Position numbers and translations under genes: made by a program. A stretch of 64,000 nucleotides of DNA from assembly GCA_035495615.1 (NCBI GenBank), contig DATJFP010000021.1, forward strand, positions 9,024 to 73,023, written 5' to 3'. Of this stretch, positions 36,183-45,478 are shown piece by piece; the stretch's first letter is position 1, and every line of letters starts with the position of its first letter. Source of the stretch: Verrucomicrobiia bacterium. Lineage in GTDB: Bacteria > Omnitrophota > Omnitrophia > Omnitrophales > Aquincolibacteriaceae. The notes beneath the pieces are model-generated. The model worked only from the letters and a program-made list of their open reading frames with translations. It was not told where the DNA came from and searched no databases.

Positions 36183-37094
36183 ATGAATAAAACAAATTCT
36201 TTTTTATGCTCATTCTTTGCTTGTTTTTTATTAATCCACACCGGCTCTTTTGCCGCCGACATCCCTCAAGCCTCTCAGCAGGAGACCTTTAAGCGAATCG
36301 AAGAGCTGACGGGTGCCAAAGGCGCTTACGACGAAAAGGAGCAAGTCTTCAAAGTCAGCTTTCCTCGTAAAGATTTAGAAGTTAATGCGGCCGGGGCCAA
36401 AATAACTCCACCAATGGGACTTACCGCCTGGGCTGCTTTCAAGCTGATGGGCGATCATACCATGATGATGGGCGACATGGTGATGACCGAAGACCAGGTC
36501 AACCCGGTCATGAGCGTTGCGCTTGAAAATGGTTTGGAGGTTACGGCGCTCCACAATCATTTCTTTTGGGATTCTCCGAAAATAATGTTCATGCATATTG
36601 GCGGAATGCGGGATACGGAAGCTTTAGCCCAAGCGGTCGGAAAGGTTTTTGAAAAAATCAGAGAGACAAGCGGCGGCAAAGGCGAAAAGCCTTATCTTGA
36701 AATTGATCCCTCAAAGACATCTCTCGACCCCAAGAACATCGAAGAAATCATGGGTAAAACTGGAAAAATGAACGACGGCGTTTATAAGATTACCATTGGC
36801 CGGACCACTCAAATGGGCGGTCACGAAATGGGTAACGCGATGGGCGTGAATACCTGGGCCGCTTTTATCGGGAGCGATGAAAAGGCGTTGGTTGACGGCG
36901 ATTTTGCCATGCTCGAATCCGAAGTGCAGCCCGTATTGAAGGCTTTGCGCGGCGCGGGAATCAATATCGTCGCGATTCACAACCATATGACGATGGAAAA
37001 TCCGAGAATCATTTTTCTGCATTATTGGGGGATTGGCGCAACAGTCGATCTCGCCAAAGCCTTAAAGGCCGCATTGGACTTACAGAAACAATGA
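36183..37094 (+). CDS. Secreted protein with internal duplication carrying (A/I)HNH(F/M) motifs, DUF1259-like
   Basis: Signal peptide MNKTNSFLCSFFACFLLIHTGSFAA. Two homologous halves (LTAWAAFKLMGD...ALHNHFF and VNTWAAFIGSDE...AIHNHMT). Confidence 0.6.
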   Translation: MNKTNSFLCSFFACFLLIHTGSFAADIPQASQQETFKRIEELTGAKGAYDEKEQVFKVSFPRKDLEVNAAGAKITPPMGLTAWAAFKLMGDHTMMMGDMVMTEDQVNPVMSVALENGLEVTALHNHFFWDSPKIMFMHIGGMRDTEALAQAVGKVFEKIRETSGGKGEKPYLEIDPSKTSLDPKNIEEIMGKTGKMNDGVYKITIGRTTQMGGHEMGNAMGVNTWAAFIGSDEKALVDGDFAMLESEVQPVLKALRGAGINIVAIHNHMTMENPRIIFLHYWGIGATVDLAKALKAALDLQKQ

Positions 37095-37106
37095 CCGGGA
37101 GGGCCC

Positions 37107-37385
37107 TTGTTCGGAAAACGCTTAACAGAAAAATTTAAAAAAGAGCTGAGAATTTACCAGCTTATTTTGAAGGATTCCCGGACGCCGGGAATTTCGAAAT
37201 GGTTCTTAGGAATGGCGGTTGCCTACGCCCTTTCTCCCATCGACCTTATTCCGGACTTTATACCCCTTCTTGGAGTGTTAGACGATCTGATTATTGTTCC
37301 CTTGCTCATTTGGCTTGGCATTCGCTCCATTCCCAAAAAGATTTTAGAGGATTGCCGAAACCAAGCAAACAACCAGGAGAATTGA
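37107..37385 (+). CDS. DUF1232 (YkvA-like) small membrane protein
   Basis: Motif SPIDLIPDFIPLLGVLDDLII. TTG start is uncertain, with an alternative internal ATG. Confidence 0.5.
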   Translation: MFGKRLTEKFKKELRIYQLILKDSRTPGISKWFLGMAVAYALSPIDLIPDFIPLLGVLDDLIIVPLLIWLGIRSIPKKILEDCRNQANNQEN

Positions 37386-37388
37386 CGC

Positions 37389-37997
37389 ATGAGAAAACTG
37401 ATCGTTCTTTCCTTTATATCGCTTGATGGCGTCATCCAAGCCCCCGGAGGCCCGGAAGAAGATACTTCGGACGGTTTCAAATACGGCGGCTGGACTTTTC
37501 CTTATTTCGATGGCGTGTCGGGAGAGATTATGGCTGAACAGATGTCCCGGCCGTTTAACCTGCTTCTCGGCAGAAAAACTTACGATATTTTTGCCGGGTA
37601 CTGGCCGCATCATGGAGACAAGTGGCCGGGGGTTAACGACGCGCCCAAGTATGTTGCCTCAAGGAACAGCTCGCTCAAACTTGAATGGAAGAATTCGGTC
37701 CTCCTGAAAGGCGACATCGCAGAAGAAGTGCAGAAGCTCAGAAAACAAAACGGTCCCGAGCTGCATGTGTACGGCAGCGGCGATTTCATTCAAACTCTTT
37801 TGAAACACGATCTCATCGATGAGCTTTGGCTCAAGATCTTTCCCGTCACTTTGGGGAAGGGTAAACGCCTCTTTGCCGAAGGCGCCATCCCCGCAGAGTT
37901 TACTTTGACGGACTGCAAAGTTTCTCCGAGCGGCGTGATCTTTGCCAATTACAAACGGGCGGGAGAGGTCAAAACGGGATCGTTCGCGGCCGGCTGA
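37389..37997 (+). CDS. Dihydrofolate reductase-family protein (RibD C-terminal-like)
   Basis: MRKLIVLSFISLDGVIQAPGGPEED...GGW...LLGRKTYDIFAGYWP is typical of the bacterial DHFR-like YwjB/RibD_C family. Confidence 0.75.
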   Translation: MRKLIVLSFISLDGVIQAPGGPEEDTSDGFKYGGWTFPYFDGVSGEIMAEQMSRPFNLLLGRKTYDIFAGYWPHHGDKWPGVNDAPKYVASRNSSLKLEWKNSVLLKGDIAEEVQKLRKQNGPELHVYGSGDFIQTLLKHDLIDELWLKIFPVTLGKGKRLFAEGAIPAEFTLTDCKVSPSGVIFANYKRAGEVKTGSFAAG

Positions 37998-38030
37998 ACA
38001 GGATTCAGGCGGCGCCGGGCTTAGCGGGAA

Positions 38031-40178
38031 TTATCGGCCTATAATGATCCGCGCGTCGAGAACGGATGCGCCGGCGCCTTCCGTGTGGACCATCAGGGGA
38101 TTGACGTCGATTTCCTTGATTTGCGGGTGGTCCATGGTGAGCTGGGAAAGGCGTTCGATGCATTCCACCACTTTCGCGATGTCGGATTTTTTTTCGCCGC
38201 GCACGCCCTGAAGGATTTTATAACTGCGGATGGATTGCACCATCAGCTCGGCGCTGCGCTTGCGCAGCGGCGCGAGCCGGAAAGTCACATCTTTCAGCAC
38301 CTCCACATAGATCCCCCCCAGACCGAACATCACCGTGGGACCGAGCGCCGGATCGCGGTTCATGCCGAGGATGACTTCTGTCCCCTTGCCGGACATCCGC
38401 TGCACGAAGAAACCCTCCAGGCGCCCTTTGGGAAACACTTTGGCGAATTTCTCTTTTATTTCGCGGCAGGCCGCGAGGACATCCCCTTCATTCCGGAGAT
38501 CCAGGCGGACCGCGCCGAAATCGAATTTATGCACGATTTGCGGCGAAATCGCCTTGATGACGACGGGGAAACCTATGCCGCGAGCGGTCTTGCCCGCATC
38601 TTCTTCCGAAGACGCGAAGCCGAACGGGAGAACCGGGAAGCCGTAGATTTTGAGGATTTCCATGGCCCGGTCGATCGGCACCATCGTCTGGCCGCTTTCG
38701 GCGGTTTCGCGAATGATCTTTTGGACGGCGCCTTTGTCCACGTCAAAGGATTTGATCGTGGTCCGCGGGCGCTGGATCCATTGGTGGTACCGGTACATCC
38801 GGCCGAGGACTTGCCCGGCATTTTCCGGAAAACGGTAATGGGGAATACCGTTCTCTTCCAGGATTCTTACGCCGGCAGAAACGTCGGCAATGCCCATAAA
38901 ACACGCGATGATGGGCACCTTGCTCGCGGCGGCGGCCTTTACGATCACGCGCGCGGTTTCCTCGATCGCGGTCATGGCCTGCGGCGTCAGGATGACGAGC
39001 AGGCTGTCGACTTCCGTGTCCTGCGCTACGATGCGCAGGGCTTCTTCATAGCGGCCGGCGCGGGCATCCCCGATGACGTCGATCGGGTTGTGGATATTGG
39101 CCGTGGGCGGAAGCGCTTTAGCCAGGGCCGCTTTTGTTTCCGGCGAAAAGGAAGAAAGGCTCAGCCCGCCGCGGATGCAGGTGTCGGTGGCAAGGATCCC
39201 GGGGCCGCCGGCATTGGTCACGATGGCCACGCGCGGCCCTTTGGGAAAGGGCTGCTTGGAGAAGGCGATGGCAAGATCGAACATCTCCTGGATGCTGTCC
39301 ATCCGCAGCACCCCGGCCTGCGCGAAAATCGCGTCGTAAACTTCGTCGGCGCCCATCAGCGAGCCGGTATGGGATTGCGCTGCTTTCGCGCCTTGCGCAG
39401 TACGTCCCGATTTGATGACGAGGATGGGTTTGGATTTCTCCAGGTCACCCGTAATTTCGCTGCTGGTATCGATGAACCGCCGGGCGTTCACCAGGTCTTC
39501 GACGTACATGAGGATCACGTCGGTCCCGGAATCCGTCTTCAGGTAATTCAGCATGTCGATTTCGTTGAGTCCCGACTTGTTTCCCAGGCTGACGAATTTC
39601 GAAAAGCCGATGCCGGCGCCTTTGGCGTAGTCGAGGACGGCGGTGCAAAGCGCCCCGCTCTGCGAAACAAAAGCGATGTTTCCGGCGGCGGGCATCGCGC
39701 GGGCGAAGCTTGCATTGACGAGAAAGTCAGGGTCCGTATTGATCAGGCCCAGGCAATTCGGGCCCAGCATCGCGATGCCGTAATCCTGGGCCGCGGCCAG
39801 CAGTTCCTCTTCACGCCTGCGGCCGTCTTCGCCGATTTCGCGGAAGCCCGCCGTGATCACGATGGCCGCTTTGGCCCCTTTTTCCCCGCAGGCGCGCAGG
39901 GTTTCCGCGGCCGCGGCGGGCGGGACGATGATGACCGCGAGATCGAACGGCGAAGGAATGGCTTCAACCGAATGAAAGCAGGGAAGACCGCAAATCTCGT
40001 CGGCTTTCGGATTGACGAGATGGAGCTGCCCTTTGAACCCGCCGCGCCGGAGATTGTCCACCATGGCATGGCCCACGGTTTCGGGATTGCGCGACGCTCC
40101 GATGACAGCGATGGAATGGGGAGAAAAGAGGGACGCTATCTTGGAGAGGTCGGTCTTTTTCTCAGTAAGGGTGCTCAT
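38031..40178 (-). CDS. ADP-forming acetyl-CoA synthetase / acetate-CoA ligase (CoA-binding + ATP-grasp, fused alpha-beta)
   Basis: N-terminal CoA-binding motif SIAVIGASRNPETVGH. Succinyl-CoA-synthetase-like ligase domain and a C-terminal ATP-grasp. Confidence 0.8.
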   Translation of the reverse strand: MSTLTEKKTDLSKIASLFSPHSIAVIGASRNPETVGHAMVDNLRRGGFKGQLHLVNPKADEICGLPCFHSVEAIPSPFDLAVIIVPPAAAAETLRACGEKGAKAAIVITAGFREIGEDGRRREEELLAAAQDYGIAMLGPNCLGLINTDPDFLVNASFARAMPAAGNIAFVSQSGALCTAVLDYAKGAGIGFSKFVSLGNKSGLNEIDMLNYLKTDSGTDVILMYVEDLVNARRFIDTSSEITGDLEKSKPILVIKSGRTAQGAKAAQSHTGSLMGADEVYDAIFAQAGVLRMDSIQEMFDLAIAFSKQPFPKGPRVAIVTNAGGPGILATDTCIRGGLSLSSFSPETKAALAKALPPTANIHNPIDVIGDARAGRYEEALRIVAQDTEVDSLLVILTPQAMTAIEETARVIVKAAAASKVPIIACFMGIADVSAGVRILEENGIPHYRFPENAGQVLGRMYRYHQWIQRPRTTIKSFDVDKGAVQKIIRETAESGQTMVPIDRAMEILKIYGFPVLPFGFASSEEDAGKTARGIGFPVVIKAISPQIVHKFDFGAVRLDLRNEGDVLAACREIKEKFAKVFPKGRLEGFFVQRMSGKGTEVILGMNRDPALGPTVMFGLGGIYVEVLKDVTFRLAPLRKRSAELMVQSIRSYKILQGVRGEKKSDIAKVVECIERLSQLTMDHPQIKEIDVNPLMVHTEGAGASVLDARIIIGR

Positions 40179-40202
40179 AAACTCTCCGGTCTTCAGTCAG
40201 GT

Positions 40203-40496
40203 CTATTCGTATAAATAAAGCAAAAAGGCCACGTTCTCTTCGGCCGTCAGCGCATGAGGGGCGGACGCTTTCATGCAGATAATCGTGCCGGGCTCCATGC
40301 GCAGGGCAGTGCCTTCGAGGGCAAAAGATCCACGGCCCTGGATAACGTGCAGCACTCCCGCCCGCGGCGTGGAATGCTCGTCCATCCCTGTTCCTTTCGC
40401 AAGGCACATCAGCGTACAGCTGAAATGTTTGCCGTGTGCAAGGACTTTGCTGTAGATCCCGCCTTCTCTGAACTGGATTTCGCTGGCAAGCTGCAT
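40203..40496 (-). CDS. Cupin-domain protein
   Basis: 97 aa with cupin motifs (GMDEHSTPRAGVLHVIQGRG...PGTIICMKASAPHAL). Confidence 0.6.
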   Translation of the reverse strand: MQLASEIQFREGGIYSKVLAHGKHFSCTLMCLAKGTGMDEHSTPRAGVLHVIQGRGSFALEGTALRMEPGTIICMKASAPHALTAEENVAFLLYLYE

Positions 40497-40710
40497 GGCT
40501 TTCGTCCTTAGGTTTTGAATGAGGTGCGGCCGCGCTCTTAAGGGTAGGCCGGAAGATCATTCTACCTAAACGGGCCTAAAATCAAAAGGCCTGTCTCACG
40601 GCAAAAATCTCTGACGGGCGGCCGTATTCCGGCAGCGAGGCCCCGCGGTTTTATCAGCCCTGGATGGAGAGGGCCGCTTTTAGCCGCCGAAAATAGATTG
40701 GTTTTTGGAG

Positions 40711-41640
40711 TTATTCCGGGAGGAGTTCGAGGGGGTGTGAAGCCTGAATGTCTTGCTCCAGCACGGTCCCGGATTCCATTTTTTCGCTGTTCTTGTAACC
40801 CGATAAAAGTTCAAAAACGGAAATAATGGGGACCGATGCATCGAGATGCCGCACTTTATGAAGGAAATAATAGGGCAGGTGCGGCCATTTATGATGTTCG
40901 TAATGGACCCAGATATTATGGGGCGCGAAGAGTTCGCGGTACCATAAAGGCAAATGAACGCGGTGCGTTTTTGAGGTTCCGTGATGCTCATGATACACGC
41001 GCACTCGGAACATCGCCCAGAAGGTCGTGGGCATGGCCGCAAACCAGAAAAGCAGCACGCGCAGATGATGCACGTGATAAAGCGCCCCGGCAAATATGGC
41101 CCACACGACAATCGGCCCCAGCCAGTCGCTTTTTTTGATCGGTTTCGTCGCTTCGAAAAGATGCACCACGTTCGGCGCGCTTAGTCCCAGCAAATCTTTT
41201 AAAAAATAAAGTCCCATCGTCCTTTTCTTTAAAGGAAGGTCCCACTCCGGTTTTTCTTTCCGTTTGATGTCCAGTTCCGGATCGAGGACCGTGCCGGAAT
41301 AGCGGTGATGCTGGAAATGGAATTTTCGATACCCATGAAGGCCTACTCCTAAAGGCCACCAGGAAAAAAGGCAGGCGAGCCAATCATTTAAAGCGCGGTT
41401 TTTGCAGATTAAAAAATGGGCGCCGTCATGACCCAGCACGCTCAAGGCATGCTGCCGGTTTCCGACGACAAGCAGCACGAGAAGCCAGATCCCGGCATTG
41501 CGCGTATGAATTCCGAGGGCGAGGGCCGCGGCAATAAGGGACCAATCGATTAAAACGGCCAGCATCCATCGCGGCACGTTCTTGCTTCGGGAGAGAGCCG
41601 AAAGGTGAGTGTCTGCGTCTTTTTGAAGAATGCCGGGCAT
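40711..41640 (-). CDS. Membrane fatty acid desaturase-family protein (FA_desaturase superfamily)
   Basis: His boxes HDGAH, HFQHHRYSG, HYEHHKWPH. Several TM helices. Confidence 0.75.
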   Translation of the reverse strand: MPGILQKDADTHLSALSRSKNVPRWMLAVLIDWSLIAAALALGIHTRNAGIWLLVLLVVGNRQHALSVLGHDGAHFLICKNRALNDWLACLFSWWPLGVGLHGYRKFHFQHHRYSGTVLDPELDIKRKEKPEWDLPLKKRTMGLYFLKDLLGLSAPNVVHLFEATKPIKKSDWLGPIVVWAIFAGALYHVHHLRVLLFWFAAMPTTFWAMFRVRVYHEHHGTSKTHRVHLPLWYRELFAPHNIWVHYEHHKWPHLPYYFLHKVRHLDASVPIISVFELLSGYKNSEKMESGTVLEQDIQASHPLELLPE

Positions 41641-41799
41641 TAACTCGAAATCCTTTAGTCCTATAACCCATTGCTCTTAAGACAATGACTTAAGGAAAAG
41701 CTACCTGATGATTGGGGAAAAGAAAAGGCCATCGGCGGGAAAATCAGCCTTAAAAACAGGAGAGAAAATGGAGCAAAAGCGGCGGGATGAGATCGGCCA

Positions 41800-42996
41800 T
41801 CAGCCCGCGTCGCTGAGAAGGCGCGCGGCGACGCCCACTGCCGAAATGACGACAAGCGTACTCACCAAAAAAACGGCTTTCAGGCTGAATCCGTGCGCGA
41901 TGAGCCCAAGTGCGGGATTGGCAAAGCCGAGCGCCACGTCGAGAAACGCGCTGTAAGCGCCCATGGCAAGGCCGCGGTTTTCCGCGGGCACGCGTTTCAC
42001 GGCTTCGACGCCGAATCCGGGATAAACGAGGGAGTAACCGAAGCCGGTGATCGCCGCGCCGGCGAACGCCGCCGCCGGCCAGGGCGAAAGCCAGATCACG
42101 GCCTGCCCCACGGCTTCGATCAACACGCAGACGAGCGCGACTTTCGCGCCGCCGATGTGATCCGCCAGATGTCCGAAAAAAATTCTCGCCAGAATGAAAG
42201 CCCCGGCAAAAATGGTCAGGGCCAGCCATCCCAGGCCCCATCCCCGCTCCGCAAAAAGAAGGACCAGGAAGGTCGTGATGGTGCAGAAACCAATGCTGCT
42301 GAGAGCCATGCCGAAACCCGGCATCCAGACCGCGCGGACCACGCTTGCAAACCCGGGATGTTCGCGGGCCGACGGAGGGACCGCGGGCTGCCAGGCCACG
42401 AGCGCGAGCGTGAGGAGCGGCAGCAGGATGGTCGCCAGCGCGATGGCCGTGAAATCATAAAGCCCGTACAAGGCCGAGCCTACCGGCGCGCCCAGAGCAA
42501 AGGCTACGTACATGGCCGTCCCGATCCAGGCAATCACTTTGCCGGTGTTTTGGTGGCCCGCCAGCACCAGGCCCCAGCTTAAGGCTCCTGTCACGATGCA
42601 GCTTTCCGCCGCGCCCAGGACGCCGCGTCCCGCGATGAGAATAGTCACCGCCGCGGCCGGGGAACTGTGAAAAGCCATCGAGAGAAGATAAAGAAATCCG
42701 GCGGCCACGGCGATCCACAGGCCCGCGACCACTGCTTTTTTACTGCCCTGGCTGTCCGCGTAATGGCCGGACCAGAATCGCGAGAGCAGCGACGCGGTGA
42801 ATTGCGCGCCGGAGACAAGCCCCACGACAAAGGCGCCGAAGCCCAGGCCTTGATTCACGTGCAGGGGAAGCACAGGCAAAGCAAGGCCCGTGACAAGAAA
42901 CGCGGTAAAGACCGCGCCCATGATCGGAATGAGCACGCCGACGACAGAACCCGACGGCGTTTGCCGATCAGCGTCTCTTTTATTTTCAGATGCCAT
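41800..42996 (-). CDS. MFS transporter
   Basis: 12 predicted TM helices with Gly-rich MFS-like loops. Start set at MASENK with upstream GGGAG, and may extend to 43071. Confidence 0.7.
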   Translation of the reverse strand: MASENKRDADRQTPSGSVVGVLIPIMGAVFTAFLVTGLALPVLPLHVNQGLGFGAFVVGLVSGAQFTASLLSRFWSGHYADSQGSKKAVVAGLWIAVAAGFLYLLSMAFHSSPAAAVTILIAGRGVLGAAESCIVTGALSWGLVLAGHQNTGKVIAWIGTAMYVAFALGAPVGSALYGLYDFTAIALATILLPLLTLALVAWQPAVPPSAREHPGFASVVRAVWMPGFGMALSSIGFCTITTFLVLLFAERGWGLGWLALTIFAGAFILARIFFGHLADHIGGAKVALVCVLIEAVGQAVIWLSPWPAAAFAGAAITGFGYSLVYPGFGVEAVKRVPAENRGLAMGAYSAFLDVALGFANPALGLIAHGFSLKAVFLVSTLVVISAVGVAARLLSDAG

Positions 42997-43128
42997 ATTC
43001 TTCGCTCCCAGAGGCAGGTCAAAGTCCAGCATCTTACCCGAAATCCCAGCCGGAGGCATCCGGGAAAGCATCTTCTCTCATAAGAAAATTGCGGGAAATT
43101 GTGATAGTTTATCCGCCGGAGGATCAAC

Positions 43129-43299
43129 GATGACCGAACAAAATCCGGCGCCGGAAAGCACGGCTGTCCGCGTGGCTTTGTGGCGTGCCCTGCATGGGGA
43201 AATCGATGCGCGGCCGTTTATCTTCGAAGAACAAAGTCTTATAAAGCCGGGCGGGCTCCGAATCAATGTCGGGAATGGCGTAATTATTTTTGTCGCGTA
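43129..43299 (+). pseudogene. Short ORF resembling the N-terminus of a class I SAM-dependent (LCMT/Ppm1-like) methyltransferase. Probable gene remnant
   Basis: 56 aa MTEQNPAPESTAVRVALWRALHGEIDARPFIFEEQSL... matches the N-terminal helix pattern of that family (TA..VA..RA.H......P...D..A). RBS GGAGGA. Far too short for the fold. Confidence 0.35.
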
Positions 43300-43401
43300 A
43301 TATAATTTTATACTAGCATAGGGTGAAATCACGGACTGTCGGGAAAAGGAGCAGGATTCGTCCGGCGGAAATGCCGAACCAAGCAAGGACAGGGGTAATT
43401 T

Positions 43402-44499
43402 ATGACTCAAAACAATTGGGAAGACCTCGGGCTTGTTGAGAACTTCCAAAAGAAGCCGTTGAACGAAGTCCATGTCCGCGGCAAGAAATTCGCGGTTTCT
43501 TATCAGGACGGAAAATTCGGAGCGATTTCGGGCGTCTGCAATCATGCAGGCGGGCCGCTCGGCAAAGGGCGCCTCGAAAACGGCTACATCGTCTGTCCCT
43601 GGCACAATTGGAAATACCAATGCCGGACCGGAAAAGGAGAGCCCGGCTACGAAGACGAATGTGTCCCGAGTTATGAGGTCCGCGTCGAAAACGGGCATTT
43701 GTTCCTGAATCCTGAGCCTCTGACGAAGCGCAACAGGCTGCCGCACGCCGCCCATCCCCTCGCGCGTCCGGTCCAGCGGGAAAAAGGAGGGATCCGCGTC
43801 GCCGGAATTTCGACGACGGTCATGGACCGCAAGAACCCGCGTTACTCGACCTCGGAAGCGCTTCTTCAAATTGCCCTGGACTTTTCCGCCGCGGAGCTCG
43901 GCTGCGAAACGAAAATGATCCGGCTCGATGAACTTCACTTCCGCAGCTGCGAAGGCTACTATTCTAAAAGCGCGCACGCCTGCACTTGGCCGTGTTCCAT
44001 TACGCAGATGGACAAGAAAGACGAGCTCACACCTGTCTACGAAGCGCTTGTCCATTGGGCGGACGTCATCCTGATCGGAACGCCCATCCGCTGGGGATCC
44101 GCAAGCTCGCTTTATTACAAAATGGCCGAACGCCTCAACTGCATTCAAAATCAGATCACGATCAACAACCGGGTCCTGATTCAGAACAAAGTCGCGTCCT
44201 TCATCATCACCGGCGGCCAAGACAACATCCAGGCCGTCGCGGGCCAGCTCCTGATGTTTTTTTCGGAGCTTGGCTTTCAGGCGCCTGCTTTTCCTTTCAT
44301 TGCCCACTCGCGCGGCTGGTCCGCCGAAGACATGGAAAGGAATATCGATTACGTCGAGAATAGCCGGGAACTCCGGAACGGCGCCAGGGAACTTGCCCGG
44401 CGTTCGGTGGACATGGCCAAAAGACTGCTTCTCTCGGATGTTTCCCCAGAAAAAATCGAACGCGGCGGCCGCAAAGCCCACAAACTGGAAAATATTTAG
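43402..44499 (+). CDS. Rieske [2Fe-2S] domain fused to an NAD(P)H-dependent FMN reductase/flavodoxin-like domain
   Basis: Rieske boxes CNHAGGPL and CPWHNWKY. The C-terminal half has a flavodoxin-like fold signature (RVAGISTTVMDRKNPRYSTSEALL...ILIGTPIRWGSASS...FIITGGQDN). Confidence 0.7.
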   Translation: MTQNNWEDLGLVENFQKKPLNEVHVRGKKFAVSYQDGKFGAISGVCNHAGGPLGKGRLENGYIVCPWHNWKYQCRTGKGEPGYEDECVPSYEVRVENGHLFLNPEPLTKRNRLPHAAHPLARPVQREKGGIRVAGISTTVMDRKNPRYSTSEALLQIALDFSAAELGCETKMIRLDELHFRSCEGYYSKSAHACTWPCSITQMDKKDELTPVYEALVHWADVILIGTPIRWGSASSLYYKMAERLNCIQNQITINNRVLIQNKVASFIITGGQDNIQAVAGQLLMFFSELGFQAPAFPFIAHSRGWSAEDMERNIDYVENSRELRNGARELARRSVDMAKRLLLSDVSPEKIERGGRKAHKLENI

Positions 44500-44578
44500 G
44501 CACCGTTCGGGGAGCCAAACCCTTCTTTGATGTCTTTTCTGGTTCTCTATCGGATTCTAAGAAAGGAACGGATAAATA

Positions 44579-45478
44579 ATGTCACATTCGCATTCGCACG
44601 GTTTACACGCTGCCGGAAAAGGCAAAAGGCTGCTCCTTGTCTTTTCTCTGACAAGCGTCTACATGCTTGCCGAAATTATCGGGGGAATTTTAACGAAGAG
44701 CCTTGCGCTGCTGGCCGATGCGGGACACATGTTGACGGACGCGGCGGCGCTCGGGCTTGCGCTGCTGGCGATCTGGTTTGCCGGCCGGCCCGCCACCGAG
44801 AAGAAAACCTACGGTTTTTACCGGATGGAGATTCTCGCGGCTTTTATCAATGCACTTGTGCTTTTGGGGATTTCTTTCTTTATCCTCTATGAGGCCTGGC
44901 GGCGGTTTGAAAATCCGCCGGAAATTCAAAGCAAGCAGATGCTGATCGTTGCGGCTTTCGGTTTGGCAGTGAATCTCGTGAGCATGGCGATTCTGCATGA
45001 GCATTCGGAACATAGTTTGAATGTCAAAGGGGCATATCTTGAAGTGTTAAGCGATATGTTGGGTTCGATCGGAGTCATTCTCGCAAGCGTCATCATGCTT
45101 TTGACGCATTGGTATTATGCTGATCCTTTGATCAGTGCGGGAATCGGAATCTTTATTCTGCCGCGGACCTGGAATTTATTGAACGAAGCGGCCCACATTT
45201 TGATGGAAGGAACGCCGGCTCACATTGACTTGAGAGAATTACAGGCGGCCATTCAGGGAGTGAAAGGGGTAAAAAGCATCCACGATCTTCACGTGTGGAC
45301 GATCACTTCAGGCGTTGACGCCATGAGCAGCCATATCGCGATCGACAATACGGTTCCCGGCGAGAGGGTCCTTTCGGTCTTGCGGGAATTACTGCGGGAT
45401 AAATTCAAAATCCACCATTCGACCATCCAGCTCGAAGCGGAGTCCGAGCAATGCAAGGAGCCGGGATGCCAGATATGA
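44579..45478 (+). CDS. Cation diffusion facilitator (CzcD/ZitB-type) metal efflux transporter
   Basis: His-rich N-terminus MSHSHSHGLHA. Signature SLALLADAGHMLTD, 6 TM, C-terminal cytoplasmic domain. Confidence 0.85.
   Translation: MSHSHSHGLHAAGKGKRLLLVFSLTSVYMLAEIIGGILTKSLALLADAGHMLTDAAALGLALLAIWFAGRPATEKKTYGFYRMEILAAFINALVLLGISFFILYEAWRRFENPPEIQSKQMLIVAAFGLAVNLVSMAILHEHSEHSLNVKGAYLEVLSDMLGSIGVILASVIMLLTHWYYADPLISAGIGIFILPRTWNLLNEAAHILMEGTPAHIDLRELQAAIQGVKGVKSIHDLHVWTITSGVDAMSSHIAIDNTVPGERVLSVLRELLRDKFKIHHSTIQLEAESEQCKEPGCQI

Larger units (their letters stand above)
28371..38010. other. Putative horizontally acquired block (genomic islet) abutting the 3' side of tRNA-Asn. Lower GC than flanks
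   Basis: Visible composition shift (roughly mid/high-40s % GC vs >60% in flanks, estimated by eye). Begins right after tRNA-Asn. Accessory content (ars, two-component systems, GGDEF) and a duplicated arsC-end module. No integrase or clear direct repeat found. Confidence 0.45.

Noticed and set aside
28371-38010. Integrase, transposase or direct repeat of the tRNA-Asn 3' end delimiting the low-GC block
   Set aside because: Looked for recombinase-like ORFs and for a repeat of GGTTCGAGCCCAGGCGGGGGAG at the distal end and found neither. The island call therefore rests on composition and context only
38085-40214. 709-aa plus-strand ORF overlapping the acetyl-CoA synthetase gene
   Set aside because: The minus-strand frame carries the CoA-binding and ATP-grasp motifs. 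The plus frame is Arg/Gly/Asp-rich noise
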